A DNA stretch of 64,000 nt from Octopus sinensis (Eukaryota): NCBI RefSeq assembly GCF_006345805.1, contig NC_043015.1, forward strand, positions 15,376,001 through 15,440,000. Direction: 5' to 3'. Made by a program: the position numbers and the translations under genes. This document shows, piece by piece, positions 38,386 through 51,789 of the stretch (its first letter is position 1; each line of letters starts with the position of its first letter). The notes beneath the pieces were generated by a model. It made no database searches, was not told the DNA's origin, and saw only the letters and a list, made by a program, of their open reading frames with translations.

Positions 38386-39983
38386 AGCAGGTGAGAGTTG
38401 GCAACAGGAAGGCCATCCAGCTATAGACAATCTATATGGATCCCTCTGACCCATGTAAGCATGGTAAAATGGACATTAAAATGACACCAAATGATAAGTT
38501 TTGCCAATTGCTAAAGATGTTAAATGATGATGATGATGAAGGGAGGATCTGGTTTTTCCTCTGGTGCGATACTCCTAATGCCTTGTGTTTGACTAACTGC
38601 TTGATACAAACACACATTCTGCCACAGACCAAAGAGGGAGCCTCTAAACAGTTGGATTACCTGTGAGGAATAGCAGCTAATCAACTAAAAATGAAAATTG
38701 ATGGATAAATTGGATAATGCAGTTTGGGGTACATCAGGAAAAGATGTTGGACCTGAAAGACTTTGATCATATCATCAGCTCATTTAGGAGCGACTTAGCT
38801 TAAACAACAACAGCAACTCTCTTCACTTATTATAAGCTTATTCATTTTGCTTCAATAACTCTTTCTACTCTACAACTATACAATCATGTTGCCTATTCTA
38901 TGATTGGTGTCCTGTTCAAATCAGAATAGCCTTGTTTTTTTCTTATGAACATCCAGTCCTCCTTTCTATCAGCATTCCTCTATTTCTTCCTTTCTGTCAA
39001 AAGTATCACTTAGTTCTGTTTGGAGATTTGAATTAACTGAAATATCTTTTAAATTCCATATCTTCTTTCTAATAGATTTCTGCTTCTAAATATTTCTTTC
39101 TTAAACTTAAAGCCAGTGACCACTGACATGCATCAAGGGTGCATTCCTAACAATAGAAATATTTAGTGTGTAAGGCCCCTCTGCCTATTCTATACATTTG
39201 GTAAATACAACCTGTTTGCTGTAATGCAAACCTGGTTAGTTATCTGTTTGGTTTTATAAGATTTGTTTACAATTAGTAAAGTAATTTGAATCACATAATT
39301 CTAGGAGCTTTGATTCATCATCTCTCGTACCAAATCGTTGTTATTTTCATCCTCAACTCCTCTGCCTCCTCCTTACCCTCTTCCATTGTTGATGGTAGCA
39401 TTGTGATTGTTATAAGTATTGCTGTTACTCTAACATCTACTCTCTATGCAAGGATCAGCTGGATAATCTTATAAGAGGATCACTTGTAATACATCTCTCT
39501 ATAAGAGAGACATCCTCTCAACTATAAGTCTCAATGTTCTCCGATTTGACTTAGTAAAATTTTGAAAGATCTGTGTGTTTTCTCAATCAATAAGTCACTC
39601 TATTTCCTTCCTCACAAACAACAGGTTCAAAAATACAGTTCACACCAACAGATTCATCTCTTACCTGCACACATAAAGTAATACATCCAATACTCAGCTA
39701 TTTCTTAATATACAAGTGCTCAGTATTTTGTATCAATTAAATTTGCTTATGTGGAGAAAATGGTGCTCAAGTATAGGCTTAGCTATGATGACTGAAACAA
39801 ATGAAAGAGAATATGGACACAAGCATAATCATGTAATTAATAAATTTGCCACATGACTATATGGGTCCTTGTTTGTTCCCAGCCCATTGCACCTTAAGCA
39901 ATTGCCTTTTACTTTAGCTTCAAGTTGACATCTGCATTTTAAGTGAAATTTGTTAGATGGAAACGATGCAGAAGCCTATATAA

Positions 39984-40425
39984 TGTCTTGGTAGTTGGAA
40001 GTTGCATGAAATCTGTTTAGGTGCAGGTATAACTACAGGTGCAATATGGCCCTAAGTGCATGCATGACTGTATCGTTAAGAATTTTGCTTTGGAACAACA
40101 TGGTTAAAGGTTCAATCTCACTTTAAGGACACTTAGCTAGTGCTCTATACTATAACTATGAGTTAATCAATAACCTGTGAGTGAAACTGGATGCTGGAAA
40201 CTGAAGAAGTTCATCTTATAGCCAAGTGTCCTTAGAGTGGGATTGAACCATTAACCATGTTCCAAAGTGAAATTCTTGACAATACAGCCATGCCTACATC
40301 TGTAACTATACCTGTGCCTGTAGCCAACCTTGCACCTATAGTTATGCATGCACTTAGAGCCATATTGCACCTATAGTCATACCTGCACCTAAACAGACTT
40401 CATGTAATTTCCATCAACCAAGACA
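39984..40425. repeat. Inverted duplication of a SINE head plus flank
   Basis: Arms 39984-40139 and 40219-40425. Confidence 0.8.
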
Positions 40426-40814
40426 CATGTAAGATCCAAAGATTGAGGTGTAGGAAGAAAGTGCACTTCAAGCAATCCATAGAAAATATAAAAAACAACT
40501 TTCAGGAACAATAGTGGTTTACTGGTGTTGAAGGTTGTGAATTTTTCCTGTATCAAAGTATGATAAGCTGAAAAATGATTCTATATTTCATGGTTATATA
40601 TATGTATAGTCAATTCAAATAAATGAGTAAAATTAACAGACAACAAGAAGATGTGCGCAAGAAATGTATTAGTTTGATGCTTGGTGAAAAGAGAGAGAGT
40701 TTGACATTTTGAGCATAGCTCTTCAATGGAAAGGAGAAAGGGAAAACTACAAAGAAGGAAAAGAAATCGCTAACAGCATGTGGGCAGTGACATTGCTGAA
40801 GTGTGTGTGTGTAT

Positions 40815-41208
40815 TCTTTTTTTAATTCTTTTTTATTTGTTTCAATCATTTGACTGTGGCCATGTTGGAGCACCGCCTCTAGTCAAGCAAATCGACCCCA
40901 GGACTTATTCATTGTAAACCTAGTACAGTATCAGTCTCTCTCTTGCCGAACTGCTAAATGACGGGGATGTAAACACACCAGCATCGGTTGTCAAGTGATG
41001 TTGGGGGAACAAAGATACACAAACATATACATACACATATATATACATGACGGGCTTCTTTCAGTTTCTGTCTACCAAATCCACTCACAAGGCTTCGGTC
41101 GGCCCGAGGCTATAGTAGAAGACACTTGCCCAAGGCGCCACGCAGTGGGAATGAACCCAGGACCATGTGGTTGGTAAGCAAGCTACTTACCACACAGCCA
41201 CTCCTGTG

Positions 41209-41210
<2 letters not shown>
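40815..41210 (-). mobile_element. Full-length SINE family A copy
   Basis: Reverse complement of 10535-10936. Confidence 0.85.
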
Positions 41211-41242
<32 letters not shown>

Positions 41243-41259
41243 TACATACATACATACAT

Positions 41260-41321
<62 letters not shown>

Positions 41322-41625
41322 TAAATTAGAGATAAAACTACTATCAGGCAAATCAAACAGTGAAAAACATAAACCAAAACATAAAAATAAAAATAATTAA
41401 TATAATATACAAAATATATAAAATATAATTTATAAGCAACTTATATATTAATTCATAATTCAATATATATATATATATATATATATATCTTATATATATC
41501 TATATATATTTCAATGAGAATATTATATACTGAATTTATATTGAGTGCTCTATTGTATTAAAGCATTAATAGTATTGAAGTATTTATGTATTTAATACGA
41601 GTGATTATATATATTTTATATAATA

Positions 41626-42748
41626 TATTATTATTAATATCAGGAAATCAATACAACAAAATTCTTCAGAAAGATATATATATGTGTGTAAAATAATTGT
41701 TGTATTAAAAATATAAATATATTTGTAAATATGTATATGTATTAATATATAATAATGACATTTTAAAAGTTTTTAATTAAGTTTTTAAAGCATCTTATGA
41801 TCGTTTTGCAGAAGTGCTGTTCCTATAATTGATATGCTTTTATAGACAACTCGTTTGGTCTTTAGGGATATAAAATGTGAAACTTGTATAATCTATCGAA
41901 TGATAGTTTTTAAAATATGAAGTAATATAGGAAAATAGTGTTTGTTTGAAATATAAAATTAAATTAAAAATTACTGCTTTTGATTTTGTGAAGTACACTT
42001 TAGTATGAGAATCTTTAAATCCATATATACTTTCTTGGTAATTCTTCTGTAATAATCCACAATAGTCATGTGTAAAATCCATTATATAATACATGGATTA
42101 TTACAGAAGACTTACCAAGGAAGTATATACGGATTTAAAGACTCTCATACTAAAGTGAACTTATCAAAATCAAAAGTAGCAATTTTTAATTCTTAATTTA
42201 TATTTCAAACAAACACCCTTTTATCATATTACTTCATATTTTTTAAAAACTACCATTCAATAAATTATGCAAATTTCAAATTTTATATCTCTGAAGAGCA
42301 GAAGAGTTGTCTATAAATGCTTATCAATATAGGAATCCATTATAGGGATAGCACTTCTGCAAAACAATCATAAGATGATTTAAAAACTTAATTCGAAACT
42401 TTTAAAATGTCATTATTTTATATTTATACTTATACATATTTATATAAATTTATATATATTTATATTTTTAATACAACAATTATTTTAAATTCAAATGGAA
42501 GTTAGAGTTGGGATATCCGTGCCGGTGGCACATAAAAGCACTCACAGAGTGGTTGCCATTAGGAAAGGCATCCGGCTGTAGAAACACTGCCAGATCAGAC
42601 TGGAGCCTGGTGCAGCCTCCTGACTTCCCAGTGCCTGGCCAAACCATCCAACCCATGTTAGTATGGAAAACAGATGTTAAACGATGGTGATGATGATGAT
42701 GTATATATCTTTCTGAAGAATTTTCCGATATATTGATTTCCTGATATT

Positions 42749-42754
<6 letters not shown>
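41626..42754. mobile_element. Large AT-rich foldback, possibly a PLE 5' region, with a later family D insertion in the right arm
   Basis: Arms 41691-42059 / 42094-42486 and 41626-41680 / 42702-42754; KVNLSKSK resembles the PLE N-terminal VNLS motif (weak). Confidence 0.7.
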
Positions 42755-42826
<72 letters not shown>

Positions 42827-42836
42827 ATATCATCAT

Positions 42837-42873
<37 letters not shown>

Positions 42874-43034
42874 TATATACATATGTATGTACCTCCTTGC
42901 AACAATGTAGCCTTTAATCTAATAAGATATCCTTGGCCTGAAGAGTAGCCGCTGGTATATACCTCACTTGAATATACCACTTGTTATGAAACATATGTAG
43001 TTTGGATTTTCCATGCTCCATTCTGTATATATAC

Positions 43035-43097
<63 letters not shown>

Positions 43098-43139
43098 AAG
43101 TAACAAACCAAGGAAAGGAATTCCTTCAAAGGAGAGTGT

Positions 43140-44295
43140 ACAACAGTTAATTCACTAGTATGTCAATTGGGTACCACATAAATATGGTTATCATGCAAAT
43201 TACAAACAATAAATTGAATAGAGAGACACGGTTGATAATCCAATAATTTATATTATAATATAACATAATATACTATGAATAGAATATAATATAAGATAAC
43301 ATAAAAAAATCATTAAAAACCAAGAGCCAACAATTTGTTTTGGCTTATATACATTATTTGATTTATAAACAATTCAATCCATTTATATAAGTCTCATCGG
43401 AGCTTTGGTTGTGAAAGGTTGGCTGGATTGTAAAAGAATTAATTCAAATGCCTATGTAATATGAATAGATCTAATAGTGGAAATGTATGCAATTTATTCG
43501 TAAGTAGTAATGATATTATGAACAATAGTAATAATATTAACAGGAACAAGTGTAGTAATTACACCCTGTATAAAAATAAATATATAAATAGACTTAAATC
43601 TAAGGATAATAAGCATACTCCATATGCCAACCCAGATACAGTTAATGATGTCAGTTATAATAAAGGTAATTATATTTGGCTTATCATTCCTTACACGACA
43701 AATAAAGCAAATTTGGTTAAGCTTTCTTACAGATTTATATCTAAGCACTTTAATAAAGAACATAAGTATAATAAAATAATTAATAATAAAAGTATTAGAA
43801 TAGTTTTTTCCGTATCTAAAAATTTGTTTAGAATTATCTCTTCTTTTAATAAAAAAAGATCAGACAATTTTTACAATTATAGAAATAATAACCCTATTAC
43901 AGAGAGTGATCTAGCTAGAAATTGTAATTGTAGATAGAAGGATAAATGTAATTTTAATAATTTTTGCTTACAGAACAATATTGTATATAGATGCATGGTT
44001 GATTTGGAACAGAAAAATTATTTTACATAGGGTCAATAGAAAATTTTATTAAAAAATGGATTGCAAACCATGAGTATACCTTTAGGAATAGAGGTAGGTT
44101 TAACAGTATTAGTCTGAGTAAACTAATTTGGAAATTGAAGTATAGTAGGAAATTATATGACATAAATTGGAAAATACTTAGTCAAGCTAGATTGTACAAA
44201 ATTAATGATGCTAGATGCAACCTTGTGTAGATAAATTATATCAGATATTAACATCTAAGAAGAAATTACTTAATGAAAGATGTGAGAGTGTTCTA
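43140..44295 (+). mobile_element. Penelope-like element 3' part with GIY-YIG endonuclease remnant
   Basis: YIWLIIPY...KHFNKEHKYNKIIN; NCNCR..KC; YFYIGSIENFIKKWIANHEYTF; INWKIL; CNLC. Confidence 0.8.
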
Positions 44296-44399
44296 TCTTG
44301 TACACTATTCTAAATGTGTTTAGAAAATTATATCAAGTGTGTATATATTTGTACTCATATGTATGTATCCAATTATATGTGTGCATATGTATGTATATA

Positions 44400-44428
44400 C
44401 ATATGATCATATATATATATATTATATA

Positions 44429-44496
<68 letters not shown>

Positions 44497-44520
44497 AGTG
44501 TGTGTGTGTGTGTGTGTATG

Positions 44521-44605
<85 letters not shown>

Positions 44606-44650
44606 ATATATATATAATATATATATATATAGACAGATAGATAGATAGAT
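44400..44650. repeat. (TA)/(TG) microsatellite
   Basis: Direct reading. Confidence 0.95.
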
Positions 44651-44869
44651 ATGTAGGGTCAGTCGGATGGGAGATAATAGCCATAGGATTAATGGTGGGA
44701 TGGTAATAACAGTAACAACAACAATACACATAGAAACACCACCAATAACAATAACAACACCAGTAACAACAGCAGCAGACACAACCAAGGAGATGGTAAC
44801 CAGAGAAATGATGTAATAGATAGTAGTACAATGGGTATAAATGACACCAACCCTTTCCATACCCTATTC

Positions 44870-45795
44870 TTCAATCTATGGGATAAATCATACGAATATG
44901 AGCTGTATTTATCTGACAACCCTACCCTTCAACAAAAGAGTTTGCATCCTTTATCAAACAAATGACAAAAAAGAAGCATGCATCACCATAGCCAGTACTA
45001 AACTTAGACAAATTCTAGAACAATATACTAGTAGACGGAATGGTAGAGAAGCACAGCAACTCAACAAGAAGTCCACAGGTGGCCTGCACAAGCTCATACA
45101 ACACACAAGAAATGGGTATGTTGTGTGCTTCCCCACAAACAAGTTTGGCAGAAGGTTGGTAGATAGCTGGCCAAACTACATCCAGGCAATGCAACCCCAC
45201 ATCACCAATATGAGGGAAACAATGATACTGAGTATGAGGAGAGAAAGAAGATCCTCAATGTTCATATGATGATGAGGTCAAACATCCTAGGGGCAAAGAA
45301 GCACACGGCCAACATCTTTCAGGCCACCAACAATGACATCCCAGCACTGTATGGACTGCGTAAGGATCATAAGATGACCACTGACCCAATGACAGGACCA
45401 CCAATGAGATCAGTCTGCAGAGCCAATATTGCCAACAACTACTGGCTCTCCTTTTTCCTCTCAATGATCATACACCCTCTTATAAAAATGTCCTCAGATG
45501 TGTGTGACAGCACAGAGGACCTCCTCAGCAAAATCAATGAGTGCAACTATGCCTACGCCCTGACGGGATGCATTATAGACAGTATGGACATATTGGTCCC
45601 TATACCCATCCATTGATGTTGATTTTGTTGTGGAGAAATGTGTGGAGGTGACCAGTAAGAGCGATGTGGAGTTTCATGGTGTTGACACTGAAGAACTAGG
45701 CCTCCTCCTAAGACTGACATGCGACAATGATTACTTAAACATGACCTTAGTTGTTTATGCTCCACTAGATTGATAAGAGGTAGACGCCCTACTAT
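44870..45795 (+). mobile_element. Penelope-like reverse transcriptase fragment (frameshifted)
   Basis: VCFPTNKFG (PTDKSG-like); PALYGLRKDHK; GPPMRSV; CDSTEDLL; SMD..LYPSIDVDFVVEKC across a frameshift. Confidence 0.8.
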
Positions 45796-46836
45796 AACAA
45801 GTGGACACACACACACCCACAGACACACTAAGCCCATCAGTCTCTTATGTATTTATTCTGTTGGTCTCTTTTGCAAAACCACTAAGCTACAGGGATGTAA
45901 ACACATCAGCACCAGTTGTCAAGTGGTGATAGGGGGACAAACACAGACATAAAGACACACGTGCATATATACATATATATATACAATGGGCCTCTTTCAG
46001 TTTCAGTTTTACATGAAAAGCACCTACTCTGTGGAATGGTTGGTGTTAGGAAAGCATCCAGCGGTAGAAACCATGCCAAATTAGACTGGAGCTTGGTGCA
46101 GTTCTCCGGCTTACTATTTCCAATCAAACTGTCTAACCCATGCCAGCATAGAAAGCAGACGCTAAATGATGATATGTATGTGTATGCGTTTGTGTGAGTG
46201 AGCTTGTATTTCCCCTTGTCATCACATGTGTTTGCTAACTGTAAACAACAACCTTGCTTTTCATATAGACAGAGTCCTTTGCTTGCATTTGTCTGTAAAA
46301 GCATGTCCGGGTTTCTTGACATGTGCAATCTTTGTAAACAAAATGTTAATTCAATGAGTGTCATTTGTTTCTAGTTGTCTGTGTAACCATGTCCAGATCA
46401 TTTGTTTTTCGATAGACTGGGGGAATTATTACCTTGCTTGGAAAACAAATGACTGTTGGCTTCAGGAAGCTTATCCTGTTGTAGAAACGCTGTTCCATCA
46501 TAGTTTTGTCTGATCCTTGCAAATATGGAAAAGTGGACATTAAAATGCTGCTGTTACTAATATATATATATATGTATATCAGCTAGGTGCTAATATCCAC
46601 TTAGCATGCAGTACCAGTAGATATTTGCTATTGATAGAGCTCAAAGAAGCAAACATCCAGATTTAGCAATGCCACAATTGCTGCTGGACAAGTTTCATCA
46701 GCTGCTGATATATATTTTGTGTTTTTTAACACTATATGTCTCTAGGAGACGCTTTCTCAAAACAAGGGTTTTAAACAGTTATGATATACTGCCTGCAAAT
46801 CTGATCTAATACTTCTATTGTTAATACTGAATACAT

Positions 46837-46893
<57 letters not shown>

Positions 46894-48169
46894 TACATAC
46901 ATACATACACACATACACATATATATATCTATGTGTATATATGTGTATGTGTGTGAGTATGTATGTGTATGTGAGTGTGTCTGTGCCTGTAAGAATGTTT
47001 ACATTCTGTGATTATCTGTGCAATGATTGGTGTTCTCTGCTTTCATTTTTTGTCAACAAATCATTTGATAGCCCAGTACTTTCAAAGATGTGAGCAATGA
47101 AAAACTCCCGAGCTTCAAAAACAGGTAAAATTTAGTGACAGGAATAGTATCCAGCTATAAATCAGGGTTTCAAAATTGTGCATTCATCTAACCTGTGCTA
47201 ACATGGAAAAATGAACATAAAAATGAATGAATATACAATATTTATCTATTCATAATACACACTCATGCATAATGTGTAAAACAAATTCTTGGGAAAATAT
47301 CACTAGCGTTAACCTTTAACTATAACAGTTTAGTGAAATGTGTTTAGCCAGATTTATTATAATTGCTTTATGAAAAAATCTTTGAAAAATACATGGACCA
47401 TAAATGAAACATATTCTAAATTCAAAAGTGACTTTTGAACTTTACAAGTATATGCCATAAAAGTGCACTTACTATAAAGTTAACATTGTGGGAATCATGC
47501 AATCATATTGTGTCTATTGCATGAATTTCTCTTCAGATAGAAAAAGACACACAATTGTTCCATTGCTATCGATGTCAATTTGCTTTATGTCTACAATTAT
47601 GAGCAAGATTTTCTTTTACCGAGTAAGACATTCATTGATATAGATTCTGATGTAGGTATACATATAAAACATAATAAATATTTAATATATTATCTCTGCC
47701 ATAAAGGCAGCAAACTGGCAGAATCATTAACATGCCCAGCAAAATGCTTAGCAACATTTTATCTGTTTTTACGCTCTGAGTTCAAATACTGCCAAGATCA
47801 ACTTTTCCTTCTATTCTCTCAGGGTTGATAAAATAAGTGTCAGCTGAGCACTAGTGGGGGTCAATGTAATCAACTTACTGATTCCCTGAAATAGTTAGCC
47901 TTGTGCCATAATTAGAAACCAATATGATGGGAATAATATCTCTAATGTAGCACAATATAACTTTGTCATAGTCATTTAAACTCTTTGTTGTACATCAATT
48001 AGCTTTGGTAATAGATATAACTTATTTCCAGTTCTGTCATCCAAATATATCCATGCACATGAGGCTGGGGAAAAATGAGTATTTTTAGTTCTTGTGTACA
48101 ATACACCCAACCTAACTTATAAGTTTAAAACTCTGGAAATAAAGTGCATATTATACACAAATGAACATG

Positions 48170-48224
<55 letters not shown>

Positions 48225-48245
48225 TTTCATGTTGCAAGACAGTGT

Positions 48246-49147
48246 GTGAGAGAGAATCGTGACATGGTAGGAGAGAAATGTGTTCACATGGATGATGGTT
48301 CATTTACGCTGAATGAGGATGCAAAGAGAGAGGTTTGGAGACACCATTATGAAAGGTTGCTGAGTAAGGAAAATGAATGGGATAAAGAGAGTCTGCTGAA
48401 TGTCGACCCAACAGAGGGACCAGCTATCTGAGTTGACAGTTCCTTGGTAGTTAAGGCAATTAGAAGCATGAAGACAGGGAAAGCCCCAGGCCCACCAGGA
48501 ATTACTGCAGAGATGCTTAAAATATCTGGCAGTGTCGGCTATAGCCTAGTCACCCATACAGTTAACCAGGTGATACATGACTGGTGTAGCAGCATAATAG
48601 TCAACTGCTACAAAGGTAAGGGTGACGCTTTAGATACAAATAATTACAGAGGTATCAAGCTGTTGGATCAGGTAATGAAGGTTACGGAAAGGGTCATAGC
48701 CCAACTGATTAGGGAGAGAGTCAGCTTGGATGAGATGCAGTTTGGTTTCATGCCAGGGAAAAGCACCACTGATGCCATATTTCTGATAAGACAGCTGCAG
48801 GAGAAATACCTAGCCAAAGATAAGCCCCTCCACCTGGCTTTCATTGACATGGAGAAAGCTTTTGACAGGGTCCCCCGATCCCTTATCTGGTGGTCAATGA
48901 GGAAACTAGGGATAGATGAATGGTTAGTGAGAGCTGTGCAAGCCATGTACAGGGATGCTGTAAGTAAGGTGAGGGTTGGCAACGAGTACACTGAAGAATT
49001 CCGAGTAGATGAAGGGATCCACCAAGGTACAGTCCTCAGCCCCCTGCTATTTACCATAGTCCTCCAGGCAATAACGGAGGAATTCAAGACAGGATGCCCC
49101 TGGGATCTCCTCTATGCTGATGACCTTGCTCTAATTGCTGAGTCATT
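48246..49147 (+). mobile_element. RTE-clade LINE RT fragment, truncated at both ends
   Basis: GKAPGPPGITAE; NYRGIKLL; QFGFMPGKSTTDAIF; AFIDMEKAFDRV; GIHQGTVLSPLLF; LLYADDL. Confidence 0.93.
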
Positions 49148-49255
49148 ATGTATGTATGTATTAATGTATGTATGTATTAATGTATGTATGTATGTATGTA
49201 TGTATGTATGTATGTATGTATGTATGTATGTATGTATCTATCTATCTATCTATCT
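49148..49255. repeat. (TATG)n-(TATC)n microsatellite
   Basis: Direct reading. Confidence 0.95.
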
Positions 49256-49487
49256 TATTTCTTTATTGCCAACAAGAGGCTAAACATAGATGGGACAAAC
49301 AAGGACAGACAACGGGATTAAGTCGATGACATCGACTCTAGTACATAACTGATACTCAATTTATGAAAGGCAAAGTTGACCTCAGTGGAATTTGAACTCA
49401 GAATGTAAAGACAGACAAAGTACTGCTAAGCAATTCACCCAGTGTGCTAATGTTTCTCCCAGCTCACCACCTTCATCTATCTATCTC

Positions 49488-49581
<94 letters not shown>

Positions 49582-49998
49582 CATCTATATATATCATTAT
49601 CATCAACATCATCATCACCCTCATTTAACATCCCTTTTTCCTTACTGGCATGGGTTGCACTGATGAGCTAGAGGGCTGTGCCAAGCTTCAAATATCTGAT
49701 TTGGCATGGTTTCTACAGTTGGATGCCTTTCTTAATGCCAACCATTTCATAGAGTGTACTGGGTCCTTTTTTTATGTAACCCTAGCACCAGTGAGGTTGC
49801 AAAATATTCATGAGGTAAGGCCCCTCAACTGAATGAGGTATAGACTAGAGAAAGAAACTATGGTAGAGGAAAAGGAGCAGGTGTCTTGCTGAAGAGGTGA
49901 ATACATGGCTTGCTCACCTGGAAAGTTAGAAAGAGTAATGTGAGGTCCAAATACAATGTGAATATGAGACAGAATAGAAAGTGTACTGAGTGAAAATA

Positions 49999-50036
<38 letters not shown>

Positions 50037-50969
50037 TTTTGTGTCTGGGGAGAGTCATTTTCTTTATGTGCCTTATAATGTAACACACTCACCGGTAAAA
50101 TTTCCACTTATTTTTTATTTTTATTTTATGCTTCAACACATATAAAGAATCTTGCAAACCAAATCCCAAAACGAAATATATATATATATATAAATGGCGG
50201 TGCCCCAGCATGGCCACAGCTCATGAGCTGAAACTAGAATCAATCAATCAATCAATCATATAGCTGACTTTCTCACCATTTCTGTCTATCAAATTCACTC
50301 ACAAGGCACTGGTCAGCCTAGGGATATAATAGAAGACACTTACCTAAGGTGTTATACAGCGGGATATAGAATATTTGATCACTACATTAAAAAAAAATAT
50401 GTCAAGCCATTGGGATATTTGAAAATCTGTTATTTTGTTGGTAAAATGAATTTATGGGTCATTGTTATTGATATGTCATTTCAGTCTCTTCAGCAACTAA
50501 ACAAATTTTTTCTTTAATCTTTTTTATTGACTAATTTGCTAAGCAGGTAATTAATAACACTTAGCTCATACTATTACTTGTGTAATTAATAGTGTAGCAC
50601 ATAATATTAGCAGTAATACATAAGATTAAATGTATACTGCATAATTATAGATGAAGAAACATTATTTCTGACATTTGTAGAATCCAAAATTATACTGCAG
50701 AGCAAAAGAAGTTAATGTTGTGATGTCCAAGTGTTCCTTAAAGCTTTTAGTAGTGTCAGTGAAATTAAAGAAACTGAATTTTTAAAAATAAACTGTTTAG
50801 GTTTACATACAAAGTTATATTATCAAATGACTTCCATCAATTTCCTATGCTGATGTAAACTAATTTTACTATTTTTTACTCTTTTAAGAAACTTTCTCTA
50901 TAAATATAAAATTTTGTTAATTCAGTTCCTAGTTTCATTTTGCAAGAGGCTGTAATGATTTGTAAGTAT

Positions 50970-51230
50970 AGGCACAGGCATGGCTGTATGGTAAGAAGCT
51001 TGCTTCCCAACCACATGGTTCTGGGTTCTGTCTACCAAAGATGAATCAAGAATTTTAATTAGTGGCTGCAGGGCATTTACTTAATTTGTATCATTAGGGA
51101 ATAGATGAACATCATATAGTCTAATTTCAGTTCCATGGGCAAGTGTCTTCTGCTATAGCCTCAGGCTGACGAAAGCCTTGTGAGTGAATTTGGTAGACAG
51201 AAACAGAAAGAAGCCCATTGTATATGTGTA
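50970..51230 (+). mobile_element. Rearranged SINE family A copy carrying a templated insertion
   Basis: Head interrupted at 51026-51128 by foreign sequence. Confidence 0.75.
51041..51128 (+). repeat. 88-bp direct copy of 52986-53073
   Basis: Identical except for one base (aggga vs aggaa). Confidence 0.95.
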
Positions 51231-51233
51231 TAT

Positions 51234-51326
<93 letters not shown>

Positions 51327-51583
51327 ATGCTTCTCAATGAATATGACAAATGCATATGAAAGGCAAAGAACAGTGAATAACTCCTCAATGAGTTGTTAAA
51401 ACGTAGCTTCTGCATGATCAGAATAGTTATTGCTTCATGGATGATGGAAGAAAAGATTGCACTGAAGTGTGGCCCAAAAGAACCAGCTTCCCAGTAATTT
51501 TGGACAGATGGATACTATTAAAAAGTGCTGAAGTCATTGTGATCGTTAGTTGAAAGCAGTTGAAGGAAGCATCACACACTTAA

Positions 51584-51789
51584 CCCTTTATTTTGAGATG
51601 TTCTGTGTTTCTTTCAATTATTTTAAATATAACAAAGAATTTAGAAAATAACTTCATTATCATTAAGCTAGTGTTGGGAACATAAATTGGGACTAAGGTT
51701 TGGTGTAAGATTTTAATTCAAAACTTATGAAAACAGGACATTGTACTACAGAGCCACAGCCAGTTTCAGGAGGGTTGGTAATGAAAGGG
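51584..51789. mobile_element. piggyBac-type MITE
   Basis: TTAA|CCCTTT ... AAAGGG|TTAA; only a short TIR match. Confidence 0.55.

Noticed and set aside
49918-49977. Exon ending ..NFPG| as the upstream beta exon
   Set aside because: Lies at the edge of a decayed repeat; the site reads equally as an acceptor; no TM segment.
728-51415. Numerous ORFs rich in YI/HT/CV/SIYL repeats
   Set aside because: Translations of microsatellites, not genes.
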